Positions 1-12,803 of a stretch of DNA of 64,000 bases are shown piece after piece. Every line of letters begins with the position of its first letter. Positions within the stretch are counted from its first letter, which is position 1. Made by a program: the position numbers and the translations under genes. This DNA is from Cirrosporium novae-zelandiae (taxonomy: Eukaryota), in NCBI GenBank assembly GCA_026023565.1, contig JAPETS010000008.1, positions 496,001 to 560,000 on the forward strand. The letters are read 5' to 3'. The notes under the pieces were generated by a model, which was given only the letters and a program-made list of their open reading frames with translations, had not been told where the DNA came from and did no database searches.

Positions 1-1084
1 TGTCTGTTTCATTATCCTCAACTCCATCTTTTTTAAAAAAAAATCACCCCTTTGTCTTAAAACATCTTAACTCGTCTAGCAATTGCGGGTACTTGCCTTG
101 CATTGTGCCAAGTCCTCGGCTTTTCCTGCATTTCCTTACTCACACCTGGTTTATTTTTTGTTGTGAAGAAGACATAAAGGTAACAAGGGGGTTTAAACCG
201 TTTGATATCCTAGGAAAAGAGATGCCGGCAGTTCAGCCGTACATGTTTTATCGCATATATCATTTCCAATTCTCATGATGTCTCCGCATTCAACCCCGCA
301 GTTGAAAGTCGACCCTCGACGTTGTTATTCGACCATAGCAATTCTACATTCTTTTCCTCGGTGGAGATCGCATACACCGAGGCAAGACTCTATTTTTCTA
401 TCCTTGAAGTCGGTGATTCGGATAAAGATTTATGCATGACATCAGTAAATCTATACCCGTGGAGAACTGTCTGAACACTGACTATACTGCACTATGTTGT
501 TGATATTTGAACCCTCTTAATTAATTTTATTTGCTTATGTCTCTTTACGTTATCTAACTCGGACGTATTGCATACTAATCCCAAGGTCTAGAGCACCTAA
601 TTATGCAATTTAATCTTCTACTAGGGCGGTGTGCTACGAACGAGAGATAGCAGCAAGTGATAGGGAACCCTGTAGACACTATTGCGTTCTAGGATTCTTA
701 TTGAGTTACTCACGGTATCAAAACCTATGAAAATGCTACCTACTACCATGACTGTACCTACGATATAAGACTCATGCCCATTGGAAGTTGAAGACCGCGG
801 GATCACTCGGTTACCCTATTTTGCCAGTATCCAAACCTAGGGATTTATGTATTATACTGAGGCACTTGCGGGGTATTATAGATGGTGGGCTGTCTGAAAA
901 TTAAAAATTGTTTCAGTCTCCTTTCACCTTGGCCCTATTTAATGTGTATCATATTCCATTCTTTGACTTTCCCGGAACACATGGTTTCTGGAAATCGAAA
1001 CCTTTATACTTTTTCAACCCATTGCTTTTAATCTAGACACACCCACCTTACTTTTGAATTAGACACATATTTATCCTCGCGACC

Positions 1085-3694
1085 ATGGCCCCAGAAGTTG
1101 CTTCTTTAGATCTGGATGTTCCGACACCTGAAATAACAAATAGGACCGATGGCTCCCATGTTAATGGAGCACATATTAATGGAGAACATATCAATGAAGC
1201 TCATGCCAACGGCAATCCCATTTCAAACGGAAATTACTCCATCCCGGATTTGACATACTACGATACATCCAAAAAGCAAGTACGAGTCCTAACAATTGGG
1301 GCCGGTATATCCGGCATACAGATGGCATACTATCTTCAGAAGTATTCTGAGAACGTTGAGCACGTTATATATGAGAAAAATGAAGATATAGGTGGAACCT
1401 GGATTGAGAATAGGTTAGTCAGTGCAGTGAAATATATTACATATATTCTGTTATATTGACTACTTGATCCTAGATATCCTGGTTGTGCATGTGATATCCC
1501 GAGTCACGCATATACATACAATTTTGCTTTAAATGTTGGTTTCTCCTTTCATATTCGTATCCGCAATAACTCCACCCGAGCCATATCCTCGTCGATGCCT
1601 CTTGAAGAACCCCTCAGGGTACTATTCCTAGCCTTGTCAATCTCAGGAAGGAATTCAAGTCTACGTCGGTTGGCTCATTGCGGATACTTTTAGGTTTCGA
1701 AGAATTGATTTGCTAACAAAGTGCAGCCGGAATGGCCTAGGTTCTTTTCTTACGCCCCTGACATCTGGAAATATCTTGACCGAGTCTGTAATACTTTTGA
1801 CTTAAGAAAGTATATGACTTTTAATTCGGAAGTCATTGGCTGTTGGTGGATGGAAGATGAAGGGAAGTGGAAAGTGAAAATACGCCAGACAAAGTCTGGT
1901 CAATCGAGAGAATTCGAAGAGACTTGTGACCTGTTGTTGCACGGAACAGGTATATTAAATAATTTCAAATGGCCTGATATCAAAGGGTTCGAGAAGTTTA
2001 AGGGTAGGGTAGGTACCGTTGCTCCCTGGCCGAAAAATACATTGAGGAACTAATCTTGAGCCTCGTATAAAGATGGTTCATACCGCACGATGGCCGAAAG
2101 ACTATCAGAAAGAACAATGGAAATCGGACCGCGTTGCGGTCATCGGCTCCGGAGCCTCCTCTATCCAAACCGTTCCCGCCATGCAGTTATATGCAAAGCA
2201 TATTGATGTTTTCGTACGAACCGTAAGCAGCTCAAAATTCATACGATTGTTCTTATATTAAATAAGTATTAGGGAGTTTGGTTCGTTCAATTAGCGGGAA
2301 ATACGCAGCAGCAGGTAGAGTATACTACGGAGCAAAGGGAGGAATTCCGCCATAACAAGGAGTCACTGGTCAACCATGCAAAATCTATTGAGAACCAACT
2401 CAATGCGATGTGGAGCATGTTCTTCAAAGGGGGTAAAGACCAAATGGATTCGCAAGATACATATCGGAAACGAATGGCAGAGTTTATCAAGGATGAGCGA
2501 CTGCTTAAAGGTCAGGAACACCTATATCCTTTCGCAGTTTATTACATACATTGACATTCGCGAATCAGGATTCGCCCCCAAGTTTGGTGTCGGTTGTCGC
2601 CGAGTTACTCCGTAAGTCTCTCACTCTTTGGGGGTTTTAAAGACCAATGAAATATTGTTCCGATCCTAACCAGTAGCTAGCGGCGATCCTTATATGAAAG
2701 CCATCCAGGAGGACAACGTTGATGTTCACTTTACTCCTGTTGTCGAGATTACAGAAGACGGGGTTATAGGCGAAGACGGAACTGAACGAAAAGTCGATAC
2801 CATTGTATGCGCCACAGGGTTTGATGTCTCCTATCGCCCCCGTTTTCCTATCGTTGGCAAGAATGGTATAGATTTAAAAGATAAATGGAAGCTCACCCCG
2901 GAAGGTTACCTTGGTCTTGGTATACCAGAGTATGTATCTCCCTATCCTTTCATCTATTCATCATTCCTTGAATGCCGAGATCGACTTGCTAACATCAAAC
3001 CTCACACACAGTTTCCCCAATTTCATAACCTTCATAGGTCCCACCTGGTAAGCCCATCCAACCCCTGTTCATAAACCCCCACCTTTCTTTTCAACTGACA
3101 CATACAAAACACACATCCTTTAGGCCCATAGAAAATGGTAGCGTCATGGGGCCCTTAGGAACGGTAGCCGAATACGTTCTCCAGCTAATCCACAAAATGC
3201 AAGGCGAATTCATAAAATCCTTTGTTCCACGTCAACGAGTTACGGATATCTTCAACACACATTGCCAAGAACTTATCAACCTTACCATCTGGACCGACGA
3301 CTGTAGAGCCGTGAGTTTTTTTTTTCAAATCCCCAAAACTCAACAAGTAAACAAAACAAACATAGACCACCAGCGCTAATATAAAAATAATATATAGTGG
3401 TACAAAAACAACGAAACAGGCAGAGTCAACGCGATCTGGCCGGGATCCAGCCTTCACTACCAGGAGGTGATCAAGCACCCTCGATGGGAGGACTTTGATA
3501 TCGAATACGAGGATCCCAAGCACATGTGGAAGTTCTTGGGAAGAGGATTCGCAAAGGCGAATAAAGTTCCTGGGGAGGATATTAGTCCTTATTTAAGTGT
3601 GGATGCGATTGATCCGAAGTGGTGGGAGGCCGTGAGGTCTGATGAGGGAGAAGAGAAAGGAGAGGGGAGAAAGGGTGGATGTAGTGTGATGTAA
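1085..3694 (+). CDS. FAD/NADPH-dependent Baeyer-Villiger/FMO-type monooxygenase (multi-exon)
   Basis: GAGISG Rossmann motif, GGTWxxNxYPGxxCDIPSH across the first introns, FxGxxxHTARWP BVMO fingerprint, second GSGAS motif, ATGF; GT-AG introns with CTRAY branch sites (e.g. 1414-1473, 1535-1726, 2009-2072). Confidence 0.92.
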
Positions 3695-4487
3695 GTAGAT
3701 GTACTCGTGACTAGCGGATGACTTTCTTGGATATGTATTTCTTATTTTTTTAAATATGTATATGAGATTGTAATAGCCATAGCCAAAGAACTTAGTCACC
3801 ATCTCACTCCCTCAAAACAACAAAAAACCAATCTTAATAAATCCCCTTCCACTCCCCCTTTCCCATCCCTAAAACAATTTACCTCCAGACTTCTAGGAGG
3901 GAGGCCGTCTTTTTCCCTTGTCCCTAAAACGGCCATTTAATAAAATATCTGATTCAATAGAAAATGTTATTATTTTTAAAATCCTCATGATCTTCTTTCT
4001 TTATTTTTTTCATTCGTAATTATGTAGTATGCTATGCATTAATTATACGTAGACTATGTTCTAGGAAGTTCTTTAGGGAGATGGGGGCGGAGAATACCGC
4101 GTTATCTGTAATCGGAAACGGGGATGGGGGAATGATAGAGAGAGAGAAAGTTCCGATCCGATGAGAGATGAGGGGTGGAGGGGTCATTCACTCACCTCAC
4201 TTATTCAATCGTCATATTCATGCTTGCGTGCATCCATTATCAGAGCACTCATAGAATTCAATTGATTAATTAGTTAATTGCCTAGGTAATTAGATAGCCT
4301 AATAATCTATCCATCTAATTCTAACAAAATAAGACCCAGCCCCAATCTTTATATCTAATTCATTACTACCCCCAAGCTAGGTATTCCTTTTGGTTTGATC
4401 TTGGTCGTGATAAATTATTATTGAGTGAGGATATATCACTTGTACTTTTGGTTTATTTTTAATGGGATAGGAAGGAATTTAACAACC

Positions 4488-5933
4488 ATGTTAGATATCG
4501 TTTGTAGAGGGACGCCTTATGAGGTGAGTTAGTGGGTTAGTGAGTCGGGTTGAGTTCTCGGTGATGGAATAGAAGTTGATGGACATATCAACAAATGTCC
4601 ATACTCTTCCTCTTCCTCTCCTCCAACCATCCACACAGGTCCAACCAACCCAAAAAAAACCTACCCACTAACTCCAAATCCCCCTAGATCGGCTTCAAAC
4701 ATGGTACAGAAGCGCGACTTCAAATCAGCCGGAGTATCGTTTTCTACGCCGGCATGTTTCGCCAAACGAGCAAGGTCGAGTGGCCGCAGGTCAAGGAGAC
4801 GGCTGCTGGGATTGAGAGGGAGATGGTGAAGAGGTGGCCTAGATATTGGGAGGAGATGAGAGGTGAGCTGTTTTTCTTCTTTTACTTCTGATTCTTTTGA
4901 GGTTTGTGTTTGAGGTTCTGAGAGGATGGGTTTATCAGTGTTTTGGGGGATATTTTTTGCTAATGGCATCCATAAATAAGGAATTGCGGATGGAGCAAAA
5001 GTAGATCTTCTAGATATCGTCGCGCTCAACGTGCGGACAGAGATCGCATTTGGGATGTTTTCTGATGGGTGTACGAGTCTGTATTGGAAGACAGAGAAGC
5101 GGCCATTCCAGGCTCAGAATTGGGATGTATGTTCTCTCACTGACGTTTAACTTACCTACCGCACGATCATGATCATAATCATGACCATTGTCATTGTTGT
5201 TTTTAAACCAAACAAGCAACCAGCTAACCATTCCAACAAAAAATCACAGTGGAACGAAGCCCAAAAAGAAAACCTAATTCTCATAACGATCCACCAAGCC
5301 GACTTTCCCATAATCAAAATGGTAACCGAAGCTGGCATCATAGGAAAAATCGGCCTCAACTCCTGCGGAGTCGGCATCCTCTTCAACGCCATCCGGGCCA
5401 AAGGGATGAATCCGACCCACCTACCCGCCCACCTAGGCCTCCGCATGGCCCTCGAAAGCACATCAGCCATGGACGCCGTCACCAAGCTCGAAACCTGCGG
5501 CATGGCCAGCTCAGCCCACATCCTCATCGGTGACCCGCACGAGGCCATCGGCCTCGAATTCACATCCAGTACCTTCGCCAGAGTCCCCATGGACTCCCAC
5601 CGCCGCGTCATCCACACCAATCACCTCCTCCAAGACCACCCAGGCGTCGAGGAGTCGCATAATTGGATCCCAGATACATTCTTTCGGGTAAAGCGGATGC
5701 AGGAGCTTACAGATGAGTTTGTAGATAGGGGGCAGGAGCCGGGTTGGGAGGAGTTTAGTAGGTTTTTTGAGGATCGGGTTAATTGTCCGGCGTCCATTTG
5801 TCGGGATCAGGATGACGTGATGACGAAGAGCGCGACGTTGTTTAATATTGTTATGGATTTGGGGGAGAGGAGGGCGGTGGTGAGGTTGGGGAAACCGACG
5901 GCTGTGGAGGAGACGGTGATGTTTACCTTTTAA
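4488..5933 (+). CDS. Peptidase C45 / acyl-CoA:6-APA acyltransferase-like Ntn hydrolase
   Basis: MLDIVCRGTPYE|IGFKHG N-terminus, ALNVRTEI, autocleavage motif DGCT (~5064-5075), QNWD, TEAGIIGKIGLNS, HTNH. Confidence 0.88.
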
Positions 5934-6725
5934 GGGTGAGGGATTATATAATTCCAGTTTTTTGTTATGGGTGCATAGTAGAACCATAGTCAAACAATTA
6001 AGATTAAAGCTAAGGGAGGGGAATATCTATTTTGCCTGATACCATAATATATATATACTTTCGAAAGTATAGGTATACACACACTATTCCCCTCAGTAGC
6101 CAGAAATAGGAAGAAAGACAAAACAAAAAAACAACACCCGACGGGTGAGAGCTCCGGTAGTAAAAATAAAACCCTTAGAGAGGGGAGTCTCTCAAACAAA
6201 ACAAAGAATTCGCAAAATTTTTTTACTTAGAACCATAACCCAATTCCTACCTGCAAGCCCCGACCTACCACGTTTTTCTCGTTTTTCTAGAACCCAATTC
6301 CCGACATCTTGAACCTTGCTTGTGCATGTACAAGTACGTGTGCATAATTGCCACGCGCGATTCTAGTGATGATACTTTCTGTGGGCTTTTGGATTTGAGT
6401 TTGAGTTTGGGTTTGGGTTTCTGGGGGTTGAAGTTTATTAGGTGAGGGTGGAGAAAGAGTGTTGTGTTTTGAGATAGTGAAGGGATTCGAATAGGATAGT
6501 GTATGGCAAAGGATAAGAGGAGGGGTTGGATGTTTTGCTTCGTTGTTGTGGAAAATGGAAATCGGGAGGGAGGGGTCGTTGTGTTTGTGACATTAATGTC
6601 AACTGTGAATCCATCTGGGTGTGAAATAAGGACTTTTTTCTTCAAAAGTGATATCGAGAGCATAGTGTAGGATGTGAAGAAAGAAAGACAGATATAGCCA
6701 TACTCCCAGATCAATCACCACCACC

Positions 6726-7249
6726 TCACCAATGCTCCTCACTAATATCCACCGTATCAACATCCTCAACCTCATCCGTGAACCACCTCCCCCCCTCCCC
6801 AATCTCCACATTATTCCCGCTCATCTGCCTCTTCCTCATCCTGCCATCCCCATCAAACGTCCAATCCTCCAGCCCATAGCACCTCTTCCACTTCATCCCA
6901 TCGCTCGCATCCCGAAACTCATACCAGAACTGAACCGCGATCTTGTTGTCGTGGAAGCTAAACAACTCCTTTCTCAGCCGGTATGATTTCTCGCGCTCCC
7001 ATTTTTTGGTTAGGAAGGTGATGATGGCGTCGCGGCCGGTGAAGAATTGGTCTCGGTTGCGCCAGATGCTGGTTTCTGTGTAGGCGAGGGCTATTTTTTG
7101 GGGATTTCTTTTGATGGTGGGGGTTAGTGACGTGATTTGCTTTTTGGGGGTTGGAGGGGAATGCCGTACTGTGTGTTCCAGAGGGCTTGAGCTGCCTTGA
7201 CTTTCTTCAAGGCGGTTTCGGCCGTGAAAGGTGGCTTGATTCCTGACAT
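6726..7249 (-). CDS. DUF1348 (SnoaL/NTF2-like) protein
   Basis: MSGIKPPFTAETALKKVKAAQALWN, WRNRDQF, YRLRKELF, IAVQFWYE, RCYGLEDWTF, MRKRQMS; one intron near 7110-7170. Confidence 0.85.
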
Positions 7250-7990
7250 TTTTTTGCTATTGTGATGATGTTCTATCTATTCGCTCAAGGGGTCAATTGA
7301 TACCAAGATAATTCAAGCATTCTTAAAAGATTCGGATCTCATTATATCTCCAGCGTTGGAGGGGTTTTCATATCTCCTCGGGATGAGTAACAAACTCGAA
7401 AGGGAATGTGCAAACAGCATAGTGCCTTAGTCAGATCCTAATTAGCAACGTTAGGTTTACCAAACTAGGCTAATTGAAGAGGTCGTTGGCGACGCCCTCT
7501 CTGTCAGAGTCGAAGGATGATGCTAAACGGTTGTAAATATGTACTTTGGAAATCCCTTTGATGGTTTGTTGTTGTTGCAACAGGTGGTGCCTGGATTATT
7601 TGTGTTTCCCGGAGCCCGGATGCTTTTGGCCCCTCGGGTCTTTGGTAGCCGATTATTAATAGAAACATTATGACGATCTTTTGCAGCCAAAAAAGTAACC
7701 AAAAAGTCCCCATTGTTATTGTAAAAAATTTCATTAAAAGCTTCCGAAAACAACTACGTAGAGGCAAGTTAATCTGGAAGTGATTCCGAGGGAAGTAAAC
7801 CGGTATGATGCTCGATTTTTTCTAGACGGTTCTATAGATTGTACTCAAACAGCGGAGAGAGCCCCATCCAGTACGGGGATTCCTCTTTTCAGTGGGGCAT
7901 TACGTCTGAATTCTAGCCTTTTAGTATTACACGAGCCTTCAAGGTGTAGCTGCCGTGATGCCCCACCATTGATAAGATTCATAGGAACTT

Positions 7991-8038
7991 TTACTAAGTA
8001 ACAAGAATTCAGACTTCTAGCAAGTCAAAAGTTACTAA
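7991..8038 (+). promoter_or_regulatory. Two Yap1/AP-1-type response elements (TTACTAA) upstream of the peroxiredoxin
   Basis: Exact TTACTAA at 7991-7997 and 8032-8038, 200-250 nt before the ATG of an antioxidant gene; Yap1 consensus TTA(C/G)TAA is established. Confidence 0.6.
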
Positions 8039-8236
8039 TTCACTAATCTTCTGTGTCCCTTCTGACCAATCCTTAAAGGTCGAGAGCCCAGCCAGGAAGA
8101 ATAAAAAGCCCTTCCCTCTTTGCAAAAAAAAAAGGTCGGACTTCTCATTCACAAATAATCAATCGTCTTCCAACAACAACAATCTTCAGACTTTCCCAAT
8201 TTAATTATAACAACCACTCCTTATATCATAATCAAA

Positions 8237-8913
8237 ATGTCTGGACTCAAAGCCGGTGACAGCTTCCCAGCTGATGTTGTCTTTGAGTAAGTCTTTTATA
8301 TCCCTTCTCGCTCTTCATCTGGAGGTCCAAATACTGACTGCATCATTAGATATATTCCATACCTCGAGGAGAACGCTGATTTCCACGTTTGCGGTATCCC
8401 TCAGAAGTACAAGGCCAGTGAGGAGTTTGCCAACAAGAAAGTTGTGCTCTTCTCCCTCCCTGGTGCCTTCACTCCAACCTGCTCTGCCAACCACGTCCCT
8501 GGCTACATCAAGCACCTTGCTGAGATCAAGGCCAAGGGAGTTGATGTTGTTGGTGTCCTTGCATACAATGACCCTTATGTCATGGATGGCTGGGCCAAGG
8601 CCAACGGCGTGAAGAACAATGACATTGTATGTTGAGTCTCATCGAATGAAAATAGGGTTAAGCTGATTTCATCTTAGTACTTCTTCTCTGACCCTGAGGC
8701 CAAATTCTCCAAGAGCATTGGTTGGACCTTGGGCGAACGTACTGCTCGTTACGGTCTCATCATTGACCACGGCAAGGTCACTTATGCTGCTCTTGAGAAA
8801 GCTATGAACGCCCTCGAGGTAAATACCACTGTGCAAAACTTCAATTGACAATGCATTTTTCTAACAACCCACTTTAGGTTTCCGATGCCGAAACCATCCT
8901 CAAGCACCTTTAA
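8237..8913 (+). CDS. AHP1: Prx5-type peroxiredoxin (Ahp1/Pmp20/Asp f3-like)
   Basis: [20 protein letters not shown] active site, NDPYVM, C-terminal LKHL; three introns. Confidence 0.93.
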
Positions 8914-9548
8914 GCGTGTTGAAGAAATAGACTAGATGGAATATGATTGCTTAGTGAATGCTGCCTACCGCACCTCTAACAATTTCTTTCCCATTGGTCA
9001 TATTATATATATTTGCGAGTCGATGAAATACCCTATAGACTACTAGACTTAGCATAGATGACAATGAATTGATGAACAACTGGAATTATCGTCTGCCTGG
9101 TCCTACCTATTTGAAGCTTGTTCAAAATACTTGTAGTAATATCTTGGAGAATATACGTGTTTTTCTGAAGATAGATAGAATGGCAATATGTGTAAGGGTG
9201 GAAGCAAAAAGTGATAGTGGATTTATTCTTTGTATATAGTAAAAGTACGAGAGATGCTATATTAATTGCTTATTCTGCCAAGGGGCATCCCCAAAATATG
9301 AAGAGGAAAAATAGGATCTCGTTGAGGTTTGATTTGTACCAGAACCCGGTTTTGTTTTGAAAGCCTTGCAGGTGAACTGATTACTTTCTGTTGAAGGTCG
9401 GTATGATCGGGCTGTCAATGTACCGAGGTGTTCCTTTTTTTGACGTGAATTCTCAAATTACGCGATAAATCGCCTCTGATACTGTACACACTATACTTTC
9501 TTTACCGTGAACATCAATGCGTATCAGAGCTAGGAAATATCCAAAATA

Positions 9549-12166
9549 ATGTCTTCAAATGGCCCGAATAAAAGGAAGGCCACACCTGCTACTGGCTTCA
9601 CCTCACAGAACCGGAAACGTGCTAAGACACAGGATGCGCGAACTGTAGCTGTTCAAACGTCCGACCAAGCTCTCAAGAATGGCGAACTCGATGTATCGGC
9701 ATTTATTAAAGCAAGAGAATATGAGATACGAGCTCTGGAAAGTGGCATGGCCAAATCTAAGAAGGGATTGACCACAAGGGCCTTTCAAAACGTGCCTAGA
9801 GATTTACGAAGGAGAACGGCTAGTCACAATGTAAAAAGAGTTCCGAAACGGTTGAGGGCAAGGGCTGCTAGGGAGGTAAGTCTCTACCCCTATTCCTAAA
9901 TTGAAGAAATGCTGAGAGACTGATGGGCCTGGGGAAATATCAGATGAGAGAAGATAATACGCCCACAGTAACTGCTCGACGCCGCAAAAAGACCCCGCAC
10001 CAGAGATTACGATTGGAAACAGCCAAGCGCCTCCAAGCCATAGGAAAGCTCAAGAAGAATAAACTTACAGGCCTCACATCTAATCCGCCCTCACGGCCTC
10101 CCAAGATTAAGAAGAACAATCTCAACCAACCTCCAAAGCCTGAATCAAAATTCCGGAAAAGGCAGTTACATAAAACATGGCTTCCTACACATATATTTCA
10201 TACGAAGAGAGCGCACATAACGGAACCAAAAGAACCATTGTGGAGATTCGCGATTCCCCTGTCGCCTACGGCTAAGAGCTATAGACCTACGCATAGAGCA
10301 AGCACACAACGAGGGGCAATCGCATGGGACATGAGTTACATATCTACTATTGGGCTGGAAGGGCGTGAATTAGGCTTGCAATCTCTCCTAAAGGGCCTCA
10401 GTCTTGGGAATAACCCTGGAACCGAAGGGATTTGGGGAAAAAGTGGAACAAAGTGGAGAGAAGGCAAACGGAGCTGGAGTGGATGGCTCTACGAACGTGA
10501 TGGAGAGAAGAACGCAATTACTCCAACAACTATAATATGGCGCGCGGAGTATGGTGCTGTTGATGTTGATATGGAATCTTCTGCAAAATCAAACGATAAG
10601 CGTAGAATCATGGTTCGAGTCCATCCATCCGGATTCTTACACCTATGGAATGAACTCCTTAAGGTTGCTAAAATGCAACACCCTCCTGTAGCTGTTGAAG
10701 ATCTGAGGTTTGAGATAGGAAGCATTGATGTTATGGGTCCTGGATCTACTGAAGCCCTGATTGGGGCTTTGAAGCCTATACTCGGCACCGAAGAACAAGG
10801 ACATGAAGCTATTTGGCTGAAGCTGAAGTCTCTCACCGACCCAGGCGCTTTGCCCCCAAAGGCTCTACTTACGTTCAATGTTTCTGATCCGAGGTTACAT
10901 CACCCACCAAAATCTATATTTAACGGATCGTCAAGTCCACAAACCGAGTTAACAAGCATCCTTGCGACCTGGCCAGCAGATTCCTCTCGACCTTCTACGA
11001 GCTTTTTCGATCGGAAGTTGAGACTAGCCGCAGCCCATGCACTCCCGAGTCAGAAGGCTATCAATCGTCGAAGAAGTCAGTTATCTGCAGGTACTTATCC
11101 TGATCCTCTCCCACCTGACCCGCAAATACCGATTATCCTGCTTGCATCGCGCTGTGAAAATGGATCTGCGCAAGGCACCTGGACTGTAATGCTTCCGTGG
11201 AAATGCGTTCTTCCAGTATGGTCATCGCTGATGTACTACCCCTTATCTTCGGGAGGCAATCCATGTTTCGGAGGCCTCAAGGAAGTAAGGCAGACTGCTT
11301 TCGAGAATTCTGTCCCTTGGTTTCCTGGGGACTATCCTGGTACGAATGCTGGCTGGAAATGGGAACTAGCAGAACGAGAGAAGAGGTACAAGGAATGGAA
11401 AAGTAGGCCGAAAGGAAAGAGGATAGAATGGGAAAGTCTCAGTATCACCAAAGGAACTAAAGGTGAGGTCGGTAAGGGTTGGGCTTGCGATTGGGAACGA
11501 CTTGTTCAAGGACCTCCTACAAATGTTACCATAGAGAAAGAGGACGGCACCCTGGTTGAGCAATCTACGCAACTACCAACAGAAAAGAGAGGAGAAGAGG
11601 AGCATGATAATTTTCCAGGAGATGGCATACCTTGCAAGATTCATCAACTTTCTTCTTTGCTCGCAAAGGAGATACTATCGTTTCCTCAGGACAGCATCCC
11701 GTCGCAATACACCTCTTTTCTTCGTGATGGTAGCTTGGTCACGGTCAAGATTACACTCATTTCCCGTGGCACGCCAGTGGCCTGTGGACGGATATACCGT
11801 CTTCCTGCAGCTCCAGCTGATCTCCACTCGAAATGGCTCGCGCTTGTATCCAAACCTAAAAAAACAAAACGCAAGGAAATTCCATTACCCAAGGATGCTA
11901 ATCGGTATGAGCGAAGACAGAAACTTGCCGCCAGCTTGCTTGCGCCCCCCGAAGGCGAAAACACACATCTACCGGTACCCAACGAGGACGACCTTATCGG
12001 GTTCGTGACCACTGGCAACTTCAACCTTGGAGAGGGAAGGGGCACGGGCATCGGCAATGTTTTGATGAGAAAAATCATGGAATGCAAGGGGGAGGGTAAG
12101 CGGCTCTGCATCATCAGAGAAGCTGGTCAGAGTATTGGGCGGCTGGGCCGATGGGAAGTTGTTTGA
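9549..12166 (+). CDS. POP1: RNase P/MRP subunit Pop1
   Basis: FQxVPRDLRRRTASHNVKRVPKRLR, KFRKRQxHKTWLPTHIFHTKR, WDMSY, POPLD-like region, C-terminal IGFVTTGNFNL; intron ~9876-9943. Confidence 0.95.
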
Positions 12167-12803
12167 TGGTAGTTGGTGAAGCTTGTAGAACTAAAAAAAA
12201 TACCTCAAGAGGCCCTTAAGGTATAAGATCGAATTAATGGTTGTAACTTATAATTCAAAACGGATATTTATTTAGAGAAAAAAATTGACTTTTTGTTTTG
12301 AAGGGCTTCCCTTCTCTCCTTATTCCCCGAAGCGGTTCCACATATGGCTACCACTAACAAAGTCAGAAGAAAGAAATATCTGATCCAAAGATTATGAAGT
12401 TGTCAGTTTTAAATTCCATAATTGGATTTCTATAAATATAATTAAGCAAGATTTATACTGTTCATTAGCTATTGGATATCTAAGTTAGGGCTTTGTTAAT
12501 TAGTGGTAGCTATGTAGGAATCGCTTTAGGTGATAATTGTACTGTAAAGTCCAACTCCATACACTCCACACTTCACACTCTACACATGGAAAACAGAAAG
12601 GGAAAAAAAGAAAAAAAGAATAGCAAACATCAAGTGTATAGATATATATTCTATTCTCCCTTAACTACCTAGGTACCCTAAACTCTAACTACCTGCCAGC
12701 CTAATATATAACCCCACAACACAATCCCCATTGAAATGAAAAACAAAGTCATGTTTTCTGAAAAGCTTTCATGGGTTTGATTCATTTCGTTCGTTGGGAC
12801 GGC

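Noticed and set aside
1163..1210. 15-nt repeats encoding NGxHI in the monooxygenase N-terminus
   Set aside because: Common low-complexity fungal N-terminal extension
4488..5933. Penicillin biosynthesis cluster suggested by the C45 acyltransferase
   Set aside because: No ACV synthetase or IPN synthase in the window; C45 homologues are widespread
5156..5993. Long antisense and alternative-frame ORFs over the C45 gene, P450 and 52194 gene
   Set aside because: Shadow ORFs caused by strong C/G codon skew; no motifs
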